In this document: positions 42,078 to 57,240 of the stretch, piece after piece
Layout: the number at the start of each line of letters is the position of its first letter
Position numbering within the stretch: the first letter of the stretch is position 1
Assembly (NCBI RefSeq): GCF_006345805.1
Contig: NC_042997.1
Location: 25,544,001-25,608,000 of the forward strand
From: Octopus sinensis
Lineage: Eukaryota
Length of the DNA stretch: 64,000 nucleotides
Direction: 5' to 3'
Notes under the pieces: generated by a model
Databases searched by the model: none
Seen by the model: only the letters and a program-made list of their open reading frames with translations
What the model was told of the DNA's origin: nothing
Translations under genes and position numbers: made by a program

Positions 42078-43159
42078 TATATATACATACATGTATTTAC
42101 ATACAGATGTATGTACATACACGCATGCATACATTCATTCATACATACAAACATACATTCTCAAAGTTTCGCATCTTTAAATAGGCAGAAGAATTTATCG
42201 TGCTTGGATGCACAAATATTCGATGGTATTTGTTTTTCAAAAAACTATATATTCCAGATACGATTTTTACAGTCTGCTTTTTGACAAAATTGATTTTTAA
42301 AGGAATTGTATTATAACATCAAATTGCACTACGTAGGATGTACTCTCCTGGACCTGATATTCTTGTATATATTATTTTCAAGGGAAAGTTTTCTCGTTAA
42401 TAATGTAACAAGAAGGAAAAACAATACAGCAGCATGTTGATCGTTGCAATTACCAACTGAATAATAAATATGCTTTCTCCGTGACTTAAGATCTTCACGT
42501 CGATAACTACGTCACATTATATCGTCTTCTGTCCGATATGTATGTTTTCAGCTACTTTCTCAGCAATATTATTGGCAGGTGGTACATCTATATGAATAAC
42601 TATTAAGATAAGTCTTCCTGTGTTTATCGCGTTGCAGAATGTGCGGCTCGGTTACAATTAAATTGATGAGCTGCTTGTATGTAGGACAGTTTTTGAATAC
42701 ATATCATTTTAAAGTCTAGAATAGATGTATATATAAATTATGCCAGATCCACTCTCATGCAAGTAGTGTTTAGTTGCGTTGTGTTTTCAACAAGTATCCA
42801 GTCAAACTCTTATGCTACAAGCCAAACAGGGAAAATTAAAGCCAACAAGAAAGGGTAGCTGTTGTCTTTCGACGTGCAGGAAATATCAAAGAAATGTCCC
42901 TTAAAACATATCTTCCACAAAAAAAGCAAATCCTAGTGGGTAATGTAATCCGGTCTATTCTATGAATAAAAGAGAACCTGTTAAGGTATATCTAGATTTC
43001 GATTATAGATTAGAATGGTTGTATACTGTCAATCTAACAAGAACGTGACAGTAGGGGGTACACCACCGCTCTATAGCCCTAGGAAGCATCGAACGCCTCC
43101 TGATAGCTTTGACACATTTTTTCCCTGTGTCCTTATATACATATACGAAGGTGAGACAA

Positions 43160-43253
43160 ACACCCCCGGCTGCCGGAACTGCATCTAGAGACACCGTGTT
43201 TCAGGATCGTTGTCCTTCATCGGCCTAGATGCAGTTTCGGCAGCCGGGGGTGT
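43160..43253. repeat. 29-bp GC-rich inverted repeat with 36-nt spacer (MITE-like hairpin)
   Basis: acacccccggctgccggaactgcatctag (43160-43188) / ctagatgcagtttcggcagccgggggtgt (43225-43253), 28 of 29 complementary. Confidence 0.85.
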
Positions 43254-43304
43254 AACCATGTGGTTCGTAAGCAAGCTACTTACCACACAGCCACTCCTAC
43301 GCTT
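43254..43304 (-). mobile_element. Family B head fragment
   Basis: aaccatgtggttcgtaagcaagctacttaccacacagccactcctacgc. Confidence 0.8.
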
Positions 43305-44040
43305 ATAAGTTGACGACAACGATGACAATAAAACTCGATGCAAGTAAATGCGATACTCGATACGCCTTTGCTAGAACGCCATAGAAAGAGTCGTCAAATA
43401 TTCTTTAAATCGCAGAGTACTTATTCGTAAGAAAATCTCATCACTGTAAAAATAGAAGTATTATGTGTGCGTGCGTGTGTATTAGTGAGTGTATGTGTAT
43501 GTATGTATGTATGAGTGAGTGTGTGTGTGTATGAGAGAAATACTGTTTCTCTCATTCTTTGTATGCTTGTTTTTAGTCATAGGAATATTTATCATTCATC
43601 CAGGCCTTGATTCGTGCAAGCTTTTGATAGGCTACTGAATATTTGCACAACTATCATCAAACCATTTCTGATGCTCCTACACAGAGAGGCCCAGATATCA
43701 TGAAGGAAGCATTATAGATGCTTCTGAGAGAGTTCCAAGCTAATTTCGTTCCAACCACTATTTCTTAATACAGCAGGATTTCAGTAGCAAAAAATAATTT
43801 TTAAAAATCAAAAACAAAAAAAAGAGCTTTGGGATCGAAGAGCTAGTTAGACACTCCTTTTAAGTAGCGCGGAAGTAAGTTTTGCTGCTCAAATGAGCGT
43901 GATGTCAAGGATATCATCTACTGTGGAATGAATGGCTGATACTAAAGCCCTCCACATCACGTTACGTTATTATTATATACACATACATGTGATGCGCATA
44001 CTCATATTCACACCATACATTTGTGTGTGAGTGCGTGCCT

Positions 44041-44077
<37 letters not shown>

Positions 44078-45067
44078 CATGCGTGTGTTTACATTTGTGT
44101 ACTGAAACCCGCTAAAGATATCAAGATTTTCACTTCTGTATTTCAAAGAAATACCTACTAATTCAGATATAAATCTGTTTTGGTACAGTAAAAAAAGTTG
44201 ATAAACTAGTTAACTAGAACTGTGGGCAAGGTTTCAGTAGAAACTGCACCAATATACTGGGTAAAAATGTACACACACACACACAAATACAGATACACCG
44301 GCGTTGTTTTAGTTTATTCCTGTGCTTCTGTGTCTGTGTCTTTGTTTGAAATATGTGTTTATATATGTGTGCTAACGTGTCTAGGTGTGTGTGTGTGTAA
44401 CACTGCATAGATATAAACATATCGCTTATGAAAATTCATGTGCACATTCATTTATAAGTGTGTTTTGATAATATTATTTACATTCCCAGCACGGAAGAAG
44501 TGTCATAGGTTCTGCGTGAAGAAGATCAATAGTTTTAAACCGTTTTCTATCACACATAGCTATATGTGGTACCCTAATCGTATAGCACTTGCTGGAACGC
44601 AGCCAGTTGTAGTAATGTCAAGAAATGGGAGTCCATTGTATGTCGACCGAATCTTCGCATGTCAGCCAATTGATCCAACGTAATTTAAGAACAACCTTAA
44701 GATAATGGGAATTTGCCAAATGTACTGGCGATACAAGCCAACAGGAGAAATCTGTTTTCAGAAAGCCTGAAGTTTCCTAACTTTAATATGTTGCCAAGAT
44801 GTTTTTCTCCCTCACCAAGAATCAACCTGAAATAAATTCTACAAGCAGTAAACAAAACTGATTTGAATTTACTTTTTTTTTTTTCTGATGTTGTGGCCTT
44901 TTTATTCTCTTCAATGTTTATTTGAGTGCTTGCTTTCTTTTATTCTTTTCGTTGTAATTCCATCTATTTTTGTGGGAGATTTTGTTTTTTCAACGTCTTC
45001 TTTCCATTAAAGGACTGCTATTGACAACAAGGCAAAATGACTCCAAAATGAAAGTGTAAAGTGAATA

Positions 45068-45430
<363 letters not shown>

Positions 45431-46288
45431 TAATAATAATAATAATAATAATGCAAGGAAGCGTGTGGAGTCTCCCTATGCCCTGGTTCATGATGTATCT
45501 AGTGATGGTGTCACAATAAAATTAATAAAGTTTCCATGTTCAGATGATAGTTTGTAGGTGTTTGAAAAAGATTAGCGCTTTGGAAATTGTACAACCATCG
45601 ACATCGAAAACCGCCCTTTTAGTGTCCACATGTGAAACATCATCGCTCTACTATGCGGCACCATTTACATTACTTAGTCCTGGAGAAACTGACCTTTCTG
45701 GAAGAAACAATAACATCTGCTACATTCGAAGTACCTCGTTTGGAAATCTCACAAACGAAGCTTCAGCAATCCCGGAGAATAATCGAAGACATTTTCATAA
45801 GGTACTGCTCAGACACCCCCACTAACATGTTGAGGCCAAGTGGTTACCAAGGAAATGAACCTTTAATCTCACACCTTCAAGTTCAATCTTAAAAATCATG
45901 GCTTTATTCCAGAGTCAGAGATAATTGTATATAATCTCAGGCTAGAGTCCTGTTATATGCTTCTCCTCTAGCCGACATTTTCTAAGTATGTCACCTGCAA
46001 GACATTGTTCCAAACACTTCGCCCAGTCCTTCCTGGCCAGCTAACCAAGAAGGTTAGTAGATTAAAGTGTTTTAAGTACTAGACTACTACTTCATTGCAG
46101 GAATACAGGCAAAACTGGCCTCGGTGGTTTGGAATTTACAACGTAAATGGCCAGAGTAATTACCTCTTGGCATTTTCTAGTAGACTCCGTCTAATCAGTG
46201 CCATTGAAGATACATAAGTAATGAGCATGGTTTAACGATCTCAAACAAACATATTACAAATGCTAGAGTGAAGTGTTTTACCTACATA

Positions 46289-46517
46289 TCTATTTCTTTA
46301 CTGCCCACAAGGGGCTACACACAGAGGAGACAAACGAGGACAGACAAACGGATTAAGTCGATTATATCGACCCCAGGGCGTAACTGGTACTTATTTAATC
46401 GAAAGGATGAAATGCAAAGTAAACCTCGGCGGAATTTGAACTCAGAACGTAGCAGCAACCGAAATACCGCTAAGCATTCCGACCGGCGTGTTAGCGGTTC
46501 TGCCAGCTCGCCGCCTT
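46289..46517 (-). mobile_element. SINE family A, full length
   Basis: Reverse complement matches the consensus. Confidence 0.9.
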
Positions 46518-49500
46518 AATTTTACCTCCAAATCGTAAACATTTATACGTAGGTAAGATAGTCATCCATTATAAGAGCCTCAATGAAATGGTAATCACAC
46601 TATACGAACCAGTGATATCGGAGTGGGAATTCCAACTCCATATCAAATACAACAGCTGCAAGGCGAATGCAATTATGCAAAATGATCACATAAAATGAAT
46701 ACATACATCTTACATAAAGCAGAAAATAGGATGAGACGACATTTTTTTTTCTAATGTTTAAAAAATGAACTTCCGCTGTAGTGACATTGATATAATATTT
46801 ACAGTATTGCACGAGCTAATAAAATATTAAATTGTCATAACTTTAAAAAATAACGTGTTTGATTCTTCATTTTGTTTATTTACTAATTCACTCAGTCATT
46901 TCCTTTCTCGTAACAACTATTTTGTCGGAATACCTCTGCAGGCTGTCATCAATTATGATGTATTCAAATAAAATATTAATTATTATGCCCACGTTAACAA
47001 CATCAATTAATGATATAATAAATGTCCTGAAAAAACAAACAAACAAATACATTTAGCTAGTTATTTAATGATAATGTATTACAGCAACAACAAAAAAAAA
47101 CAATTTTACTGATGGTGATTAGAAAGAAATCACCGACCGTCTAATTAAAAGATTTTATAGCAGAGAATTTCCTGAAGAATCAAAGGATTGAATAAAATGT
47201 ATTTATATTAGAGGCACTGACATTGTATTCATAAAATTTCTAGCGTTGCGCACTTAATTATTACTGACAATAATTAAATCATTACTATTACTATCAGTAG
47301 TTATATCAGTGACGCAATCAATATGGCATAATAGTGTTGTGAATATCAGAAACGGATTGGCAGAATACATATCAATTAATTTTGATTTCATCCAGCTGTA
47401 TTTGATCACATCTGAACTGAAGTTGACTCAATCATGTTCCTTCCACGACCCAACATTATTTATATATTTCAGCTTGGACTCAAATATTTTCTGCTACACT
47501 AGAATCTAGAAATACAATATCATGCCGATGAAATTCTCCTTTGACGTCAATTTATTCACGTAACATTTGACATATTGTGATTGCTTTCTGCAAGAAATAA
47601 TATCCAAATTTTCGTCAAACTGCATTATATCGCCTTACAAAAGCTGAAACGTTCATAATTTGAAGAACTACACAAATGCAATATCTATTATTTTCCGGCC
47701 TGCTCACTCAAAGCTGCTCTAGCGCGCAGCAAAAGCTTCATAAAAAGATAGCTGGCTCCGAAGTAAAACAGGATGGAAATTAGATGCCATCTATGAAATT
47801 TTATGAAATCTGAACAAGACTCTAAAGTATGAGGCCCTAGAACGACACATACTGGGAATAAAGCGTCGTGTATTTGAGTACATTGATCTCCCATTTTTTT
47901 TATTGTTCCCGAATTTGGTGTTGCTTCCGTTGAGTGTTTCACCCTGCTCAATTCTTTGCCTTATACTTATATAAAAATTTGTAGCATCGTATCAATATCA
48001 CTCGACCAGTTAAATTCAGAAACCATTAAATTGTGGTCTTTTAAAGCGAAAGGTTGTTGCGCAGTAAATTTCGAAAGAAGGAACTTAATATACATCTGAT
48101 ATCGACGCAGCACTATAAATTCATGGAAGAATATAACTGCCACTGAGAATTTCAACCTGACGGTGCTAGAAACCAGGCAGTTAGTTTTCTCTGAAATCAA
48201 TAGCCTTGACCAAATAATTAATAATAAGGCTTTCTGATTTAGGCACAATGCCAGGGGTATCGAAAGGAGCTTTAAATCGTGTTGGAGCAATTTGAATAAT
48301 AAATTCTGGCTGCCACTTTCTGCTATAGAATTATGTAAATCAAATATATATTGCATAGTCCGCATATTCAGAGGAAAATTTATAAGACGGCATACAGAAA
48401 TCAAAAAGGAAGAAACATCCCAAAGAACAGAGAACTGTTGGCTCCCACAAAATTCTACAGAATATTGACTTCTCATTATTTGTTGGAACCATCTTATTCT
48501 GTAGTAGAATGTAGTAGCAGGTATTTTCATCTAAAATTCCTTACCCAGGAGCTCGATTTCCCCAATACCACCATATATACTGATTCTCGCGAGGCAAAAC
48601 GAAATCCATGAGGCACTTGCTAGCACATTTCCCCCGCCCCCCATTCTTTCCACTTGATTTTAGCATGTTTGCGCATTAATAATCGCACGAAGCATTTTGC
48701 CAAAAAGAATGTTGATAAGACGACTCATTGAGCATTGTGCAAAATAGCAGTTGTCAACAGAATTTAATTCGTCATACATGTTGGTATACTGTCGGAGCAT
48801 TCAGAATACACGAAATATAGAGTGTCACACGACTCCTTATAGTTTCCTATATGATCAGAGTGAACTGCGTTCTCTTGTCATAAGCGCGAAAATCGTTAAC
48901 TATATTTTACATTTCAGAGTTAAGTTAAAACTAGCCTCTGAATTGTAAATCAGTAACGATGTTTCTCACGTTTGATAAGTGTCAGTATTGCTGAAATATC
49001 TAATGCAGTAGAGTTATAAGAGACCTCTTATGTTTGCGATACCGTCATAGCGCTAATGACATATGTAAAACTCATCCGATAAGCGTTCCTTGGCAATAAA
49101 CAATTGCAGTTTGTTAATATTTACACCATAACGAAGTTTGGTGAAAATTCTTCTCTCCATCATCAGAGCAAACTCAAACAGTTGACAGCTGATCATAAAA
49201 GTATGTGTGATATAAACACTTCTGTGTGATAATAAACTAAACAAATAAACAAAAGGGGTACGTGATGTGGAGTAGAACATATAGTTTGACTGCTCAGAGT
49301 AGTACGCTGAAGCTTGTTCCATATCATTTGGTCAAATTCCAGGTATCCTGAGAGTCCAAGGAAACAGTAAGGCAAGGCCAACATCGTTTACATCCTCCTT
49401 GCCAAAAATCCGCAAAATAACTTATCGTCAATATTGACTAAAGATATGGAAGCAAAGATAAAACAGCTGATATCTAATTAATCTTTTGTACTTGCGTTGC

Positions 49501-49599
49501 GATTAAATTATTGAATAATAGTTGGAACAGACTGAACTAAATTCTGAAGTCAGGATGTTACTGTTTGGAGAATTATGTTTGTGTATGTGTAACAGATAG

Positions 49600-50365
49600 A
49601 GAAAGAGAGTCTGTGTGTGAGGCCGTGTAGGAAAATGAATTGCGGCATAACATCGCCATCACTAGTGATCACTCCAAACACCATGATGTTGACCGGATGT
49701 TTGATTTTTATCACTTTCAGGGCATGTTTTGTGGACAAGACAAGCCAACGGTTACCTATGTTCATCATCTGATCCTGGCAGAAATGTTTCTCACCTGAGA
49801 AAAACAAATCATGTTTGTTTGGAGGGGTGTCTTGAGTTTGTTTACAAGCTTCGTAGTGCGGTCTTTCCTCTTGTCCTTGATAAAAATTGGCCCTTTTCTC
49901 TTTCGTATGAGGAATACCGAATGTTTTCATGCACTACCTGACTGATAAGAAACTTAGACATTCCATGTCCCTGGCGGAGGACCTGATTGCCTTGGGAGGA
50001 TGGCCTGAATCTAACCAACAAATTCAGAAGTTTTTTTCTTATCAGAACGATGAGTTTTCCGAGCTGCCGTGCTTTCCTGATCACCGTTAGACTCATCCAA
50101 ATCTTTCGGAATCATCTGCACTGTCTTCAGATTGACACCCAAACACTCTCAAATGTTCGTATTGGAGCTTCCGGCGCGAATGCCAACCAGTATAGCATAT
50201 CATTTCCAAATTTCTGACTTTGTGAATTGGGGCATGGTGCTGTTTTTCTCACAGACGGTGCCCAGATAACCCTATGATATGTAGCAGAGAAAATCGAAAA
50301 CAAACAAAACGCATGCACGAAATTAAAAAATATGAAAGGGCGACAATTTATCAATCGCACCCTTT
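49600..50365 (-). pseudogene. Decayed Tc1/mariner transposase, maT/DD37D-like
   Basis: Translation FFSGEKHFCQDQMMN..NRWL...KIKHPVNIMVFGVITSDGDVMPQFIFLHGL plus an N-terminal HTH-like segment; possible TIR gggtgcgattgataaattgtcgccc near 50340-50365; subfamily from memory. Confidence 0.75.
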
Positions 50366-50573
50366 CTCTCTATATATATATATGTGTGTGGGTGTGTGTG
50401 TGTATTTTTATATATCGAGGGTATGAGAGATATTGGTGTCAAGAAGATACAAAAGGTGTCGGGTAACGCTAAGTAAGTGCGATGGATAGGCCATGGTTAT
50501 TCTCCAGGTTAGATGATTATACGAGTGAGGATCCCAACGTGGGTCATGTATTAGCAAGCATATATATAAAGTG

Positions 50574-50703
50574 ACAGAATGAGATTAAAAAAATCCAAGG
50601 CTGTAAATAATTTTTAGAACATTTATAAAAACCAGCTGTAAAACCACTTCTTTATAAAAGTTCTGAAAACTATTTACAGCCTTAGATTTTTATCTCATTC
50701 TGT
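50574..50703. repeat. Imperfect ~55-bp-arm palindrome, TA-flanked (MITE-like)
   Basis: acagaatgagatt...ggctgtaaataa...tttataaa / tttataaa...tatttacagcc...atctcattctgt. Confidence 0.7.
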
Positions 50704-50929
50704 TAATATATATATACATATATACTCAACATAGGCAGCAGTGTGCAATGTTATAGAAAATTATAATTGTCACTCAATATGAATAAGAATGTTAGAAACA
50801 GCTGTATTGCAAAAAGCCCCTAATGCTGCACTCAAAGCACATAATTGTATACAAAATGCAAGTAAGCTAGGGAAAATTTGAGTATATGCATTTTGGAAGA
50901 AACAGTCATACACTCTTCCTTGATGGGAA

Positions 50930-51690
50930 CTAATCACAGCATCTAATAGCATCAGAAACCTAGGAGTAATTATTGACAACAATCAATCTGGAATGCCCAC
51001 ATCAACAATAAGGTTGACATAGCTTGTAGGATGAGCTCCTGGATCCTAAGAACCTTCCGGTCCAGAGAACAAGCTGTCATCATTCCCTTTTTCTCCTCCT
51101 TTGTACAGCCACACCTCGAATGTTGCTGCTGCTTTTAGTCTCATCATACAAAACAAAACATTTCGAAAATTGAATCACCCCAGAGAAGATTCACTAAGAG
51201 AATTAAGGACATGACTGATCTCGTTTATTAGGACCGCCTTAAAGTATTGAAACTTTACTCTCTATAGCGCTGCAGTGAGTGATACATCAATTGCAGGGTG
51301 TGAAGAATATATCACCAGCATTGACCAAAGGTCCTCAACACCAGCTTCAAAATTCATCCAAGGCTAGGACCATGGGCCATACGTCCAATACCCAATTAAG
51401 GATCGCAACACATTAATTCGCTGTAACACAATTTCTTTTTCGCAACAGGCCCTGCCCTACTTTATCGTTGCCCCGAAACAGATCAAAGAGGAAAAGGATC
51501 CAATATCCTTTAAACGGAAGCTGGAAAAATATCTTCAAGGAATACCAGATAAGACACCTATACCTGAATACGACTCACTCAAGAAGAATTCCTTACTCGA
51601 ATGGACCATGATACCACAAAATTTGACTTAAAAAGATTTTGCTAATCCTCTCACGTGCTGCTATTAAAATAGACATGGCCTGGACCAATC
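50930..51690 (+). mobile_element. CR1-like LINE 3' remnant
   Basis: Translation RNLGVIID, WNAHIN, WILRTFRSRE, FVQPHLE, KIESPQRRFTKRI, RLKVLKLYSL, FKRKLEKYLQGIPD; many stops and frameshifts. Confidence 0.8.
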
Positions 51691-52807
51691 TTTGATCGAA
51701 TTATATCTAACAGAGACCATAATCAACCGGAAGCATCGGTCGAGTTATCCCCATACTGATCGATCAGTTTCAGTTTTTCAACGTAGCTTTTCAGAGTGGT
51801 CGGCTCGACTCGGCTGACTTCGGACAAAGATCACTGCCAATATATATGTTTACACCATAGAAATCTATCCGTGATATAGCGAATCGCTAATGTATATACA
51901 AACAATTAACCTAGACAGCGGTGTGCAATATTTTACCAAAAAGGAAAACTATAACTGTTACTTAAATATGACTAGGGCGTTATTAGACACACATATATTA
52001 CTAGAAATAAGAGCTAAACCGCTTAATATTGCTGTCAAAACACGTAATCGCATACATACATACTAACAAAATGACCCAAAATATATCAAAAAGGACGTTT
52101 TCGTGTTATGTTAAGCCCTTTTCCTTATTTTCAGCTTTTCACACACCCGTGTTATAAACCAGACTGTATTGAGTTCGTTGTGTTTTGTTGCTTTGTTAAA
52201 CATTTCTAGTTTAGTTTCGAATTTCGAATTCTCCAAAACGTTATTCTCGTTAGGTTTTTCGTCGGTGATAATTTAATAAAAAAGAAAGAAAGAAAGAAAG
52301 ATTGACTGTTTTGAGTTTTCTATTTGCACACTTGTAAAGATGCTCACAATACTTGTTGCTTATGTGCTGATTTTGATCCCGTTCAGTCGATATAAAGCTA
52401 AATGCATTGTAGGCAGATAAGACACTTAATGACACACTTTGTTTTCTAATATATATTGGCGTTAATCTTCAATGCCATCGCATTCATAGGTTTTATGACT
52501 TTAATTTGTTCAGGTATTAAAAGCGAAACGAAGGTATCTTCATTTTGTTACGTGCTTTATTTCTTCTAATATGAATTTCATCTTCATTAAAAGTATTTGT
52601 GACTCTTTTAAAAATGTGTAAGAGAGTGGCTGCAGAATTAGGTCCCGTTTCACAAAATGTAAGATCTTATGGTTTCTATGATTGTGAATTTTCAAATATT
52701 TGTTATTGTTTAAAACTTATAATGAGGAGAGTTATATAACTCTTCATAAATTCTTTGACGAAATACTTTTTTAATGTAAATAATAATTTTTAAGAAAATC
52801 ATCCTGC

Positions 52808-52856
<49 letters not shown>

Positions 52857-53226
52857 CATACATACATACATATATACATACATATACGCATGAAAGTTTG
52901 TGAATATTAGTTTTCGTGCAGATGCATGTGTAAAGATATATACCTTTCTACAATATGTGTGTGTGTTTATGTGCGTGTGTGTATGTATGTATACATTTAT
53001 GGACGTATGTTTATACTATGTATTTAGGTCTGCATGCTTATATGTTCATCTGCGTGTATCATAGAAGTATAAGGCAATACTCTTCACTGCATTCAGTTGA
53101 ACCAAGCCTTTGAATACTTCCAACATCGGTAATAATTATTTGCTTTGGAGGATGTGAAAGTAAAAGAAAAGTACAAAACAAAAAAACAAAAACAAAACAT
53201 AAAGAAAATAAAAGATAATGGTAAAG

Positions 53227-53227
<1 letters not shown>

Positions 53228-53292
<65 letters not shown>

Positions 53293-53304
53293 GTAATAAT
53301 AATA
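53228..53304. repeat. (TAA)n array
   Basis: Direct reading. Confidence 0.93.
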
Positions 53305-53634
53305 ACGAAGCAAAATACCAATAAAATGACAAACGATAGAAAACAAAATGTCTAACAGTAAGCAAACAGTTGAACTTATCTGAGGATGCAACTCGCTTTG
53401 CTCTATGGTCTATGGATTTCTTGGGAACGATATCTAGGGAATGAGAATTACCAGTTAAATACTTCGATCTTCGACAGTTCACAAACTCCGGAAATCAACC
53501 GGAGCTGTCTGAACCAAAATAAATAAGAGTTCGAATGAGCAGTAAGTTTACCATCTTTTGCACACGGCCACGTATATTTTCAGCTTTAATATAATGTGTT
53601 GCTATTATTACCTTTATCATCATGCTCCTGAACG

Positions 53635-53637
<3 letters not shown>

Positions 53638-53731
<94 letters not shown>

Positions 53732-53852
53732 CATTATTATTATTATTATTATCATCATTATTTTTATTATTATTCCCATTATTGTTATTAATATTGCTGC
53801 AGTTATCGTTATCTTTCTTTTTGTTGTTGATGTTATTATTATTATTATCATT

Positions 53853-53950
<98 letters not shown>

Positions 53951-54003
53951 CATTAGTATTACTATTATTATTATTATTATTACTATTATTATTATTATCA
54001 TTA

Positions 54004-54034
<31 letters not shown>

Positions 54035-54044
54035 TATTAGTATT

Positions 54045-54105
<61 letters not shown>

Positions 54106-54140
54106 TATTATTATTATTGTTATTATTATTATTATTATTA
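53638..54140. repeat. Very long interrupted (ATT)n array
   Basis: Direct reading; explains poly-I, poly-L and poly-Y ORFs. Confidence 0.95.
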
Positions 54141-54729
54141 AGGTGTGTATTTAAGTATTTATGTTTTTGTTAGCATTCAGTCCTTCCTCCTGTGCAGAAA
54201 GGCGCTATGTGGTTCATTTTACCAGAGCGGAAGGATATTCAATTTTCACAAGCACGCGCACACATCCTGGAGCAGAAGTGGCCGTGTGACGGACGGACGA
54301 ACAATAATTGAACATCTAGCGTGCGTGCCCACGTATATAAGTGTGCGCGCGTGTGTGTGTCTGTGTGCGTTTGTGTGTGCTTCTGTATGCGAGTGTGTAT
54401 GTGTGCATGAACAGGGTTTTGGAGTTGCATGTGTAATTGCTTGCGCTATGTATTGCGTGAGGATGCGTAAGGCTGCATGTATGTATATTTTGAGTTGGGT
54501 GCTCGTATACGTTGTGTGTATCTGTACCTGTACGAGTATCTGTGTGTATATGTGCGTGTATGTGTGTGTTATGTATTTACAGTATTCTGTTATTCGTATT
54601 CTGTTATTCGATCATCTTTTCCTTTTATCGCCTTTGTGGTGTTCTCCACTTTTGCCTCTCCTTTTTTCATCATCTTCCACACATATCAGTATTATCATCA
54701 TAATCATCATCGTCGTCTTTATGAGAATC

Positions 54730-54739
54730 GCTGCTGCTG

Positions 54740-54770
<31 letters not shown>

Positions 54771-54826
54771 AAGCACTACTACTACTACTACTACTACCAC
54801 CAACACTACAACAACTACTACTACTA

Positions 54827-54871
<45 letters not shown>

Positions 54872-54945
54872 CTACTGCTGTTGCTGCTACTGCTACTACT
54901 ACTACTGCTACTACTACTACTACTACTAACAATAATAATAATACA
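54730..54945. repeat. Compound GCT/ACT/ACC/AAT trinucleotide array
   Basis: Direct reading. Confidence 0.9.
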
Positions 54946-55002
54946 AATAATCCTCTCAGCTGGAGGCACAAGACCTCAAATTTGTGAGGAGGGGACTAGA
55001 CG

Positions 55003-55162
55003 GTTACATCGACCTCAGTGCGTAAGTGGTACTTATTCAATCGACCCGGAAAGGATGAAAGGTATAGTCGACCTCGGAGTAATTTGAACTTAGCCCGTAG
55101 CTGCAGACGAAATAACGATAAGCATTTCGTCCGGTGTGCTATCGTTTCTGCCAGCTGGCCGC
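55003..55162 (-). mobile_element. Degraded family A copy
   Basis: acatcgacc...tcgacccggaaaggatgaaagg...gcagacgaaata...ctgccagctggccgc. Confidence 0.8.
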
Positions 55163-55184
55163 TTTCATAATAATAATAACAAGA

Positions 55185-55931
<747 letters not shown>

Positions 55932-55946
55932 TAATAATAATGATAC

Positions 55947-56014
<68 letters not shown>

Positions 56015-56064
56015 GTAATAATAATAATAATAATAATATAATAATAATAATAATAATAATAATA

Positions 56065-56583
56065 CTGGGATCATCGGTATGGAATTTGGGATTATCAAAT
56101 GCTCTGTAATTAATATGAAAAGAGGGAAGAAATCAACCTGCTGTTACCATCAGGAGAGAATATGAGTAAACCGATGATAGTGGGTATATATATTTAGGGA
56201 ATTTGGAGGTGGATAACATTCTGCACAGAGAAATGAAAGGCAAGGTCAGTGAGGCGTATCAGAAGAGGGGGAAGATGGTATTGAAATTGGTTAGATATAG
56301 CGCGTCCATCCTTAAAAAGGACTAGGGGGGAAATATCAACAATGGATTGAAGGATGAGAAAGTTGTGAACGTTGCATGGGGCGCTACACTCTAAAGCAAA
56401 CTTAAACGAACTGTATATTAAAAGAAAGAATGTTGGCAGAGGACTAATTAGCATAGACCATTGTATAAGTAGTGACAGGAGAACGCTTGTCGAGTACTTG
56501 ATAAATAGTGATGAAAACCTGCTGCAATATGCCTTGAATATGCTGCAATATGGGTGTAATAGTTGTTATTATTATTATTAGTA

Positions 56584-56639
<56 letters not shown>

Positions 56640-57240
56640 GAGTGAGAGAGCAGTGCATGCCATCAAAGTGACACTGGGGTAAAATATACGAAGTCTAGTA
56701 TATACATCATGACTACCCGTATGATAAGGGTACACTAGGCACATGCATCACAACCATATGCAGCAATATGCTGCAATATGGGTGTAAATTCAGGTGAAAT
56801 GATAGGCGAGGAAGAAATTAACCAAAGAGCTGAGGAGAAGAGAGAAGTAGACCTTCTTGAAATGAGAAAGCATGGACAGTTTGAAAGGAATACACAAGAC
56901 ATTAAGAATAATACTGCATCGTGGGCATGACTTCAGCGATGTGATTTGAAGCATATCACCTAAAGCCTGATCACTGCTGCACAAGACCAGGCTGTCGCTA
57001 CCAATTCGGTGAAGTATAACATGTATAAGACTTCTGACACCGAGAAATGCAGACTCTGTGGAAAGAGTGTGCAAAATGTGAACCAATTGGTAAGTGAATG
57101 TGAGAGCCTTGCACAAAAAGAATACAAACGTCGCTACGATAGAGTGCGTGAGTATTGTCATTGGCTCTTATGCCGTAAATACCAATATGAGGTAATAGAG
57201 AACTGGTATGAGTATGTACCAAGTAAAGTTAAGCAAGAGG
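56065..57240 (+). mobile_element. R4/Dong-like LINE remnant (late RT, thumb region, CCHC zinc knuckle), interrupted at 56560-56764
   Basis: IGMEFGIIKC, YLGI, LHSKANLNELYIKRKNVGRGLISI, KHGQF, AAQDQA, CRLCGKSVQNVNQLVSECESLAQKEYKRRYD..HWLLCRK. Confidence 0.85.
56560..56764 (-). mobile_element. Inverted partial F copy with AAT tail, flanked by a 23-bp direct duplication
   Basis: aatatgctgcaatatgggtgtaa at 56537-56559 and 56765-56787; 121 bp with 2 mismatches to 55773-55893. Confidence 0.88.

Noticed and set aside
45544-45892. Overlapping 93- and 86-aa ORFs in a GC-richer patch
   Set aside because: No recognisable domain; may be decayed TE or chance
48560-48611. IYTDS motif suggestive of RNase H
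   Set aside because: Five residues only, with no other RNase H or LTR motifs nearby
53495-54987. 183-, 187- and 280-aa ORFs (poly-I/L/T/A)
   Set aside because: Built from ATT, TG and compound trinucleotide repeats
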